A stretch of DNA of 64,000 bases from Lingula anatina. Lineage: Eukaryota; Animalia; Brachiopoda. The translations under genes and the position numbers were made by a program. Of the stretch, positions 12,721 through 24,816 are shown piece after piece. The notes beneath the pieces are model-generated. The model was not told the DNA's origin. It worked only from the letters and a program-made list of their open reading frames with translations, and did not search any database. Location of the stretch: NCBI GenBank assembly GCA_051362555.1, contig CM120644.1, positions 17,072,534 to 17,136,533 of the forward strand, in the 5' to 3' direction. Numbering within the stretch: the first letter of the stretch is position 1; every line of letters starts with the position of its first letter.

Positions 12721-15700
12721 CTGAAAAAAATTAAGAAAAAAAGTGTGACAATGGTTCTAATTTATAACTCATTCAAAGTAGAATTTCACAAAAAAAAGTC
12801 TGCTTTCACCTTATTATAAGCAGTTTGATACTTGACTCATAAAAATCTCAAATTCTGTTACATGGGGTTTGAATCATGAACAGAGAGTGAACTTTCCAAA
12901 CAAAGTTGGGTACAAATGTAAGGCTAATATCCAAAGGCAAAGCTATTTTTTGTATTTCATTCCTCCAAATACAAAAATGACAAGCGAAAGATCAATACTA
13001 TGCCTGGGTCAAGGTCAACTGATCAAGGTCAAGGTTACACATGCTCTTACCTTCTGGCAGTGACCATGGACAGAGAGGCAAGAGCGGAGACGGTGTCATT
13101 CTCTTCTCTTTCTCGTTGCTCTCTCCTCTGAGCCTCCATCATGGACATGGTGATGCTGTCCGCATATTTGGTGACCACTGGCCAGTAACGAGCTGTAACA
13201 GTCAACAGGGGTCACTTTATTGTACAAATTGAACATATTCAGACTTAGTCAAAACTTATCACTCGTGAAATATTTTGACAAACTTAGTACAAACTTATGA
13301 CATTTCAATTGAAATATTTCACATGAGTGATAATGTTTTACTAAGTTTGTGATTAAAGGGCTATTGATCTTCATCATATACTAAACTGATAAATCGTAAA
13401 TATATTAGGCTACAATGATATCGCTTCTTTTGCCAACTGCTACAACAGTAATAAATGCGACAATTCACTCACTTTAATAAGAAATCATAATATCACAGTG
13501 TTTGATAAGACAGAGTCCCAAATGACCTGCCGCAACCCAGCATGAAATGCAGCCATCATATTTACTTTTTCTCTCTCCAAAAAACAAGGAATTTTTACAC
13601 CTAAAAATACACCCACCTTGATAACTGATTGCAGCTTGTACGGTCTTTATTGCAGCTTCACAGGGCTTCCTATTGGTCTCCTCTTCGCTGAGAGGTCTCA
13701 CCTAGAGGGCAGAATTGGTACTAATTGATAAAATACACCTTTGAAGGACTTCAACAAACTGTGCAACTCAACACTACGTATATTGTCCTTCTATAACATA
13801 TTTATCATCAACTCACCCCAAGCATGTAACTGAGAAATCCGAGTGTGAATAACACTCAGATGCAAACATTCACGCACACACACACACACACACACATAGA
13901 CGCACACACACATGTGCACACACACACACACACACAGAATTACCTCGTCTCCCAGCAAGGCCTTTACACAGATCTCAGAAGCATCACATATCGCAGGCAG
14001 GTCGTAGCCTCCTTCAAGAACTAAGACAACTTTGCCGCCCGCCAGGGTCATGAGCTGCTTGGTCATGTGACCAAAACCTAAAAAAATTATTGAAAAATTC
14101 ATTCTTCTTTTTACTTATCATAAATTGAAGAATATTTGAAGTGGAAAAGGCAAAAGAGGGAAAATTAGAAAGCGCAACTGTAAAATCAAAATTGCAGAAT
14201 TTTTTCAGAGATACCATTTTTTAAGTTGAGCCGTCTCAGCTTTACTATACATCAGTAATCAACTTACATGCCCCAGACAACTCGTATCCACCCAGAGGAG
14301 CAGGGTGACCCTTGGCAGCGTCAAACCCTGCTGACACCAGCACAAGCTCCGGGTTGAATTCCCGAGCAATTGGCATCACTACCGTCCTGCAATGTGAATA
14401 GGTATGTGATTGGATAATAATATTGTTACAATGTGACAATGTAACAAGGCAGGTGATGGGCTGTAAACATTGTTACCTTATCAACATCGTAAAATATAAC
14501 AATAGAAATCTGAACTTCACACAGAAATGTGACACCCTGTTGACATTGTAGACAGCCCGCTGTGAACAAGTTAAGTCATCAGAGGGAAAAATTGAAACCA
14601 AGTTTTCTTTGAAATAAAATACATCTGTCCACTAAACAATATTATTTTCCTAGGGAAAGGGCTGTACTACAACTTTTGAGGGATTATTATGTGACATAGG
14701 TCTCACCTGAATGCCATCATATAATCAGCATCTCTCATTGGTGGATCCAAACTGCCTGTGAAAGCGACATTGACGGTGTAACCAAGGCCTTCCTTCTCGC
14801 CACATTCGTCTAGAGCACCAGTGCCAGGAAAGAAATTCCCATCGTCATGGCGATGAAGGCTGATGTACATGACACTGGGATCGTTGTAGAAAACCTGCTG
14901 TGTGCCATTGCCGTGGTGAACATCCTGTGGAAAAGATGTAAATAGCATTAATTTCAATTCTGTTATTATATTCCAGTTTTTTTTCTTTTTCTTTTTTTTA
15001 GTCTGTGTTTCATGAAATCATTTGTATTGCTGTTACCATTAAAACAAAACAAACCAAAATATTATGGCATTAAATTCTGTCATGCCAAAACCGAGCTTTT
15101 TATGGTCTCAAAGATAAATGCTCCATCATCTGAAAGGGTCATGCAAAAATGCAATTTACTACTCACCCAGTCAACTATCAGAATTCTACGGAGATTCAAC
15201 TTTTCCCTCAGCTGCTTAGCAGCCACTGCCACCGAATTGAAGAAACAGAAACCCCTGAAAAGAGAAACCATTGTAAACTTATCACCAATAAGAATTTTTT
15301 CCTCAAAATCATCACCTTCATCACATTACATTACACATCTTATACTGAGCTCTTATTAACCTGAATGAACATCCTACTTCAATGGACATCCTACTGCAGA
15401 CTTCATTTCCTTCATACTCACATGGGTTGTTGGTGTTCTGCATGATGACCTGGGGGTCGCACAATGGCCATGCCATTCTGAAATATATGACACAGTCGAT
15501 TACAATCAAGATTAACCCTCATTCAGTCTGTGGCTTACACTTGTCACAATGGACAGCCAAAACTACATAAAAGCAGTTGGAATTTTTCCAATATATACTG
15601 AGAAGCTCTACATCAAATCCCTTTTTAATTTTTTTATCAGAATTGAATTTATTCCTCTCACTTTCCCATACCTTCAGTTCCCCAGCTGCAACTTTCATCG

Positions 15701-18700
15701 ATGTTTCAATGGCGCATCCAGTGGCCATTCTGGCTGCGTAAGACGTATGCAGCTCGTTCCACACAGTGTCGGAGTCCACGCCAATTCCACCACATGGTAA
15801 CATGCAGAACCTCGTAGGCAAAGTCTCCAGTATCTGAGGATCCAGTTTTTGTCGATGTAAGGGGTTTGTCCCGTAGATCAATGTGTATACTTCGCTGTGG
15901 CATGACTGGAGTTCTTCGCGGCTTGCCTTTCTCGCTTTCACTTTCTGAAATTTTAAGACTTTTTCAGTCAGTTTGTTTCATTTTTTTTTTTTCATCTGCT
16001 GACTAATCTTGCAAAATAAACAAATATCTCTTTTTTCCTATCAGCTATTTCCTATATTATTTAACAAATTACAATACAATACATATACATAAGGAGATTT
16101 TGATTCCTAAAAATTTTAAATCACTAATAGACAAACATAAGAGCCTTAGATACACTAAATGATAAATAATACATAAACAAAATGGTAAGTTTAAGTAAAT
16201 TTTTTGCACAACATTCAGATGTAATTGACAACACAGCTTTTCTCAATCTGCACTGACTCAAGGATTCTATGGATATTTGACCAATCACGATGAATGCTGA
16301 CATCACCCCTCACCTCACATCGCGCAGCAAGTCCCGCTTCCTGAAGTCTCGCCCAGATACTTTGTATCCTTCCTGCATGCTCTGGATGGTTCTGGTTGTT
16401 TCCACATGTACATTGGTGCTTTAACATCATGGTGTCATAGGCTATTCCTGGAGAAAAAATACAAATGAATAGAAATTAAAGACTGGGAATGGTTTCATAG
16501 GCTATTCCTGGAGAAGAGAAACATAAATGCATAAATATTGAGGACTGGGAATGGTGTCATAGACTATACCTTGAGGACATATACAAATGCATATAAATAA
16601 AGGGGATGAAGTCATAGGTTTTTACTGGAGAAAAGAAATATAAATGCATATCAATTAAGGATTGGGAAAGAAAATAAGTGTACAAAGCTCCTTACAGATT
16701 CTGCTTTCAGTTCCAGCAATCAAGATAGATACAGATGACAACATGTATATAAGTGAATTGTTTGTAAGAACAAAACTTCTTGCTAAAAGATGACTTCACT
16801 CATTAAAAGATGAAACATTAAAATTAAATCAAAATGCCTGTGTTCTCACATGCATGCATTAATGCATGTGTTTGAATATGTGGCATGTAGTTGTCTCAGT
16901 GCAGGAGCAAACACTTTTATATTTGGTCTCTCTCGCTCTCAAGTTTGTTTGCATGTGTCTCAGCACAGGTGTGTAAGCCTGCCTGTTCACCTGTGTCCTT
17001 ACCTGTAGTGAATCTAAGCGGCAAAGGTTCCTGCTGTTCAGGTGCATTTGATGGCCTTGGGAAATTAAACGTGACCAGTGGACTGGACTGGGTCCTGGAG
17101 AGTGGACGATGCGGAGGACGCCGCGCTGGCACGTTTATTGGTATTAGCGGAGCATGGACAGACGACGTACCTGACACGGCAGGCGCGTGTGCAGGATGCA
17201 ACCGCAAAATATCGCGTTGTTCAGAAAGGAATGCTTTTCGATCAGTTTGTGGATGATGGTGATGTTGTTCAAGCTCTCTCCGTATCGTTGCCTCCGATTC
17301 GTCCTTATCTATTACGACTATGTCGTCGGCTTCCTCTTGGAGTTTTTCACGGGATTCTTTCATTTCCTGTGCGAGTTTGGCCTCGGTTTCCTCGTCCACG
17401 TTTTCCATGTGGTTCTTGCTGCCAGCTCGTTGTAACACTTGCTGGCGGATATGCTGGAATAAAAACATCAGCAATGTTCACTCATTTTTACAATTCATTT
17501 TCTTTCTATTTAGTGAAAAACATTTCACCATCCTTATCTATCTCTGTGAGGGAGTGCAACTTTTTTTCATGGCCACCCACTTGTTTGTAAACTGTTACTC
17601 TTTCATGACCATCCACCTGTTTGAGATCGTAAGAATGGTTTTCTTTCATGACCACCCACCTGTTTGAGATCGTAAGAATGGTTTCTTTCATGACCACCCA
17701 CCTGTTTGAGATTGTAAGACTGGTTTTCTTTCATGAACTGTTCATGTTGGTGCTGGAGTAACATTCCATGCTGGGGGCCCAGCATAGGCTGCCCCAGGGG
17801 GAGGGGGGCGGACTGGGTCCTGCCCAGGGGACGGTGTCTGCAATAGATTAAATCTAGTGAGTTCCTGGATGTCTAATGTATCAATGGATTATTTTTTATC
17901 TCTCTTTTTTCTTTTTTTTTTAATAGTTAAGAGCAAAACGGATAAACAACACTTATTTGTAGTCAGCAGACTTACATGGAACAGTCTGTTTTTAATTTCA
18001 TAAACAGGGTTGCACATTTAAAAAATTCCTATAAAAATAGCCTGCTCAACCTTTCAGGGAGATTTCTTGCCAGTCTTAAGTCAATTACCTGTGCAAACGA
18101 GCGTGTGCAACTTGAGAGTCTGTGATGGTGCCTGTCTTGGGTACTACATAGGGGGCGCCAGCAGCAGGGTGCGTGGCCAGTTTTCCCGTGCTGCGCATCT
18201 GCTCCAACACCTTCATCTGAGTACTGATGTATGCTGGGTTGCTAGCTGTTGATTCTGGGTCAACACCTAGAATGAGGTAAATCTGGGCTATAATTTCATA
18301 GTTCAAAAATTTTATCTATTTAGTCATTATTTATTAATTTATTTATCTATTATTTATTAATATATTTGTTTGTTTATTTATTCACTATTACTATTATTAC
18401 TATTTATCTATTTACTTTTTTTTTTTTTTGCATTTTATGAAGAATCCCCATACATACCCATGACTCCTGGATGGTAATAGGGATATGCACCAGGGAGATA
18501 ATGGCCGGTTAAAGGCAGACCCAGCCTGGCAGCTGCCATAGCCCGCATTTCTGCCTCTGACTGTGGGGAATTGTTGTTGGTGCCCTGCTGAAAAAAAAAA
18601 GGAATAACATATATTGTTTAATGTGTTAAGTTTTACCTTTTATTTTCTCTGAATATGCATATTTGAAAGATTTAGCCTTTAGCTGCCATTGTAACTTTAA

Positions 18701-21700
18701 TCACAACGAGAAAGAGGAAAAGATAAAAGAAAATGCAGATTTCTAATAACTATAAGTAACATTGTTGGTGTTAAGGGAAGTGATTGTGGTACTTGCACCA
18801 TATTGACAATTTAAAACATTTCAGTTGTTAAGCTTTGTTGTGCAGAATCTTTCCAGAGAAAAGGAGAAATCACAAGTTTGAAATAGTAGTAATAAAAACC
18901 AGGGGTGGATTGAGGTCGCCTTCTGGGTCTTCTGGAAGACAGTCAAATATTCAAGTTAACACTGATGGGTATCTAATTTTTCCTGTCTAAAGACTGTCAA
19001 AAATGGTCAACAAATATAATATGAAAGACTGTCAGAAAATATCCCTGGATCCATCCCTGAAACATCCCTCCCTTCCTTGTCTCCTTCCTTTTTATAAATC
19101 CAGATCCCATCTCCTTATATAATAATAATACCATTACTTACAGCATTAGGGGATGCCTGTGGGGGTCTCCCTAGGGATATATTGGGCATGGAGGGCGAGG
19201 CATACAGCGTCAGGTCACTGTAGCTCCCATGGGCCATCATATTTTTCAACTGCTGCAAGGGGAGTTCTGCTGGGCTGGAACCCTGGTGGAAAAAAAGAAA
19301 CATACTTATAATCTTTCTGTGCTTAAACACAAATATTATACTTTTTAAAACCCTTAATAGAATGTGTTGAGCAAAAACTAGAAAATACAACTTAATGCAC
19401 AAGAGCAATTATTTTACTCTTTCTTTTCTTTTCTTTCTTTCTTTTCTTTCCTTCTTTTTTTAAATAAAAAAATGTAGAAAACCCAAGTCAATGAAAATAA
19501 CTGACTTCTTTTACTGGCAGGAAGCATTTTTTCTTTTTTTTTTTTTTTTTCTATAGCTAACCAACCTAATAAGAAGCTATCAATTCATCACTTCACTTTG
19601 CTACTTGATCTTACTCGGATAGAACATCAGACCATTTTAGTTTCCCTACTTCTATCAGTCAAAAAAAAAAAAAAAAAAAAAAAAAAAACTGCGTGCATTA
19701 TATTATTCCCCAAGTGCAACTGGATAAAAATAAAACAAAAAACTCTGCAGGACAATGAAATGAATTACCAATAATTCAAAACTTGCGTCATTGAACCCAA
19801 TTTGCTAAATCTAATTTGGACTCTATTAGCAAGGTACAATAAAGAGACAGCGCAAACTCAATTTACTTCTGATTAGGTCTAGGGATGTGCATCAATGTAC
19901 ACTCAGCTGGCTAACATTTGATATAAAAAGACTGAAATAAATAAATAAACTGAAAGAAGAGGAGAGAAAAAACGCACCACAATTTCCATTAACAAATGAA
20001 ACTGCCTGAAAAAACATCACCGGCGCTATTCTGGGACCAGGCTTGTCAATAAACGGGAATACTGCCATTCATTTTCCAGGCGATTGGAGATACTTTTAAA
20101 TCGAATCAGAAAGGGGATACAAACCCAGCACAGAGCTGCATCTGTGCCATTTAAAAATACTCCCAAGACTTAATCAAACACCCGACCAACATGCCCTATC
20201 GGAATTTGCTTCTTTCACCTTGTAAATGTCAAGCTGAGGTAGCTTGATCTATCTGTACTGAGCATGCAGCCCGTCCTGAGAAGGCCATTTCTGGACTTGG
20301 ACAGAAATATGTTTAATGCTGGCTTGGGCCTCATGCCCATGTCTGTCCTAAGTTTAAGGCCAATTCTTAAGGCCTTTTTGATGATCATTCTCATAAGATA
20401 ACACTTTGAAATAAAAACTGTGCTCTAGAAAGGTACATCATGGTTGGTGCTAGTTACATACCTTAAATTTGCAAAAAGCTAATACTTACTTTCATTTGGC
20501 TAAGGAAAATGAATTACATTATTCATAAAAATTTACAAGCCACTTCATTGTTTTATCTCAAAAAAATGATTTGGCTCAATTTTTCCAGATAATTTGACAG
20601 AAGCAAAACTTGCACTTGAGAGTATTCATATTAAACAAAGGTGAAGACTCATTTTAGGATATTAAGAGTTTTGCTTTTAATGCCAATTTCACAAATGACT
20701 TTTTCAGACTACCTCTAACTTGAACTTTTTAGTCTCCCAGTTGTTTGTTAACTAGCTTATTAATAACCAACAGAATGAAGGTGATTTTAGGGCAAGCTCA
20801 TATATAAACTAATATTTTAAAACTCTTTTAACCCAGCAAGTTTATAAAACAACCAATAGAAATAAAATTTAGAAATAAGATTATGAAAACAATAAAAAAC
20901 AATAAAGAATATTTTGGCAACAATAATGTTTTGGAAATAATCTACACAAACAATTCTGACATTTAACAGTCAACAACAATACCCAAGAGACATATCCACA
21001 AGCTATAAAAAAATCTGATAAATATTGAGTTTCAGGCCAATGTCTATCGGAGGTAAACCAATCTGGGGATCTCCAAGTAGTTTTTGTAAAGGTTGTTTCA
21101 TGTGTAATTTGAGGAAATGGAAGTTTAATAATCTCTGGAGAAGCTCGGTAAAATGTCAGGACTGATTACTATTTAAATATAGCAAACTGTTCCATGGATT
21201 CCATTTGATACTTTCATATGTGAAGATTAGTAGTTTTTTTTCATCGTTTCTTTTTTTATCCCTGTGAAGCATTTTGGTTGCTAATGACAGTTTCTATCTT
21301 ATAGAAGATTTATAAATATCTACCGATTTCATTTCTGTAACTAATTATTGGTTTTATCTCCGTGTAGGTTAAAAATATCTTCTTTTTTATCTTTCTACTT
21401 ATAAATCTAATTCTAATGGATTCCTATCCACTCACACATTAATCTAATAATAATAATAACAATAACTTCTTTAATATACATTTGCATTTGTTTCTTTAAT
21501 ATTTTTCATTCACCTACACCTAAAGAAACCATTAAGTGTACTTATGCACCTAATAGAAAAAAAAACCTGCTAGTGAATATGAGATAATTTGAAAAATTAA
21601 GCTCTGCTAAGTGCAAATTCCAAACGGGTCCATGAACTAGAGGAAACCACCATGCTCCGTCATCTCACTTCACTCAGGATTTCATATTTCTAGGAAATCA

Positions 21701-24700
21701 CAATACCGTAGTCCACCAGAAATTCCTGAGAGGTCATGTTGCTCCCTGACAATCATGGAATAAGACTGAAATGTTGCACTTTATTTCATACCACATATTT
21801 CTGGGAAATAACCATACAGAAACCTTATCAGTCACAAAATCTCCAGAGCTTGCAACTTCCTTTTTGATGTTACATATAGACTTACCTGGAACCATATATT
21901 CCAAGAATGTTAATTATTTTTGCTCATCCCCCATTAGTTCCAAGATGTATGACCATTCTTCGATCATAAAAATATGACATGATTTCAGCGTAAAATTACT
22001 CTGGATCATTTCCAAACATTTTCCCATCCGCCACAAATTTCTCAGAGGTCCTGTGCTATCTTATGATTCATTAAAGCAACAACTTTATTACGCGAAATAA
22101 AATCCTGGTGAATTTTAAAATACCTTTTGACCTTTAAATTTGAAACAGGCCACATGCTCTTTAACTATCAAAAATTATATGTCAGTGCAAACCCCCCCCC
22201 CCCAAAAAAAAATTTTTTTTTTTTAAATAAATTATAGTAATTATCTTTCTGTATCGCAATTTTCAATGAATTTATGACCCCAGTTCTTATTATATCAGGT
22301 AACAGTCAAGTACCTATAAAAAATTCATCACACAATGATGACTTAAGACTGGCATTGTGATTTATTAGATTTCTAAAAACTGGCTTTACAAAGTAAGTCT
22401 TTTCAAGAGTGCCGACACAACCTTTACATGTTGATGAAAGACAGAAATGCTTTAGTTTATTATCACAACTACAAGCCCCCTGGTCAGTCGAGAAAACTTA
22501 TCCCAGCTAATAACATCCAAACTGTGAACAGGACCAGACACTTCATATTAAAACACCAGAAAAACAACTGAGAACCCAAGTCCAAATTTGACTTAAGACA
22601 TGATCAGTACAACTTTTTTCTTGTTGACTGCAAACCTTACATGACATTATATTACTAAAGCATTGCAACAACAGCAGTGCGCTGGTTCAAACTGAACACC
22701 AGATACTATCATTATAATTATCTTCCATCTTTGACCAGCAAAACTTACAAGACATCACATCATAACAACCCTGGGATAAACGCCGAGAGCCAGTCCAAAT
22801 TTGATGTAAAATAATAATCAGCATGATCTTTCCATCATGTTAACACCTTTAGGCTGTGTTTTACCACTATCTAGTCCTTTTCACACATGTGCAACAACCA
22901 TTGAAGATGCCAGCCTCTGACCCACCTTTCAATTACAGTAATAACTCGATCTTTTCAATGGGGGAAAACTGTAAATTACAGATTTTGTACTTTTAAGTCA
23001 CAATTTTTTTTAATTAAAACATTCCTACTGAGTGATAGCAACAAAATTTAAAAAGCAGCCTATTCTCTAACTCTGTTCTATACAGTACAGGCACCACAAA
23101 AAATATAAAATGAATTTTTTTTTTCAATTATAAAATAGAATATCTGAAAGTTTGACAATTCCGACACATTGAAAAGATTACGTCATTACCATAGCTTTTT
23201 GAGGTTAACAAAATACAATCACCAGATGAGTGTTAATTAAGCCACAGGGGTGAACAGCTCACACTGGCTTTCATGGGTACATTTATATCAGCAGGTACAT
23301 TTACGTTGCCTGACATTTATTGGTTCGAATATCAAACCCAGTACGTTATACCTTGTAACATTAAAGTAACTGTATTCTTAGTTCACGCCTTTCAGGTTGA
23401 CTATTAACAGCAGTCTTAGAAATATCCTGTTTTTTTTTTTTTTCTTTGCTATGGCCATTTTGTCTCAAATGTTCCATGACGCCTATATCACTTCATATTC
23501 AACAAGTTTGAAGTGAGAAAATCGGCGACCTTGGATAAAAGAATCGGTGGTTATTTTCAACAACCCGAGGAAAAAATGACAGGAAAGTCCATTCATCTTA
23601 GCAATTTTCACAGATATTTCCTCATTACCCCTTGATTTATTATCACAGGAAGGTATGCATCCATCAAATGTACCAGTTAGTACCATTTAAGCATCTTCTA
23701 TAGATCTATAAATCTTTCAGGTTTACTTGCGTATACTTAGAACCTTGATATTCTTCATTTGCTTATTATTATATTCATGTCGTTATGTATTCATTCTTCA
23801 ATTTTTTTGTAACAGAATCGTCATTACCTTGTAACTGTATCATATATGTTCAAACCCGTGTTAAAATCTGCTTGAAGTATGTTATTCCAAGTAGAAATAA
23901 CACTGGGTTTATCTTTTTCAGATTTTGCCTGTTATTTCCATTAAAGTTATGATAAATCAGGAGCGCACTGAACCTAATCACTTTTCATCAGTGTCACCTT
24001 TTTCCCCCTTTTCCAAAACAACCTCAAACACACCCAGATTCCTGTGAATGCAAATACCTGGCATATCTTTATCATCACCATCAACGTCTCCCTCACCTTA
24101 CAAGGACAGACAGAAGTGTAGAGGGCAGCACTTGACCCTTTCCCTCCCTAAGGTGAGGGCAATGAAGTTCAATAACATTATATAAAAAAAGGAAAAAAAA
24201 AGAAATAACCATAGGCAAAATTCTGTCGACAAAAAAAAAAAAAAATGGTATAACATTTTGAAAACTATTAGGTTTCATCTGGGGTTCAACGAGCAAGCTG
24301 ACATTTTGGAAAACGAGGAAATTAACTGCACTTTGAATTGATATTGCTTGATAAAAATGTGCATATGCGGTTTCTCTAAAATATAAGCTTTTAATGTAAG
24401 TCTGGCTACTCCGGAATACCAAGGCATCAAACTGGGGGAAAGAGCCCTTAATTTATGAAGAGTAACAAATATTTGAACAATTGGAGCTTTAAGAGAATAG
24501 AAAACAAGGCACTGTTCCCCTTCTCATTACAGCTACCCCAAAATTGGTACCCACACGGTACACCGGTATAAAAAAAAAAATAATAAAAATAAAAAAAAAA
24601 TAAAAAAAAAAAAAAGGGAAAGGAGAGAGGAGAGAAAAACCATGCTGAAGTTACTTTTGAAATACAAAGCAGCTGGTGCTTTCCCTGCAGAAGGACAGCA

Positions 24701-24774
24701 TGATCCTGATACCTGACATCAAATGAGGTGGGAAACTACTCCTCTTTGTGCACATTGGAGAGAAAGAGAGAGAC

Positions 24775-24816
<42 letters not shown>

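Noticed and set aside
17078-17667. Plus-strand ORFs of 82-170 aa
   Set aside because: Antisense shadows of the GC-richer HDAC4 exon.
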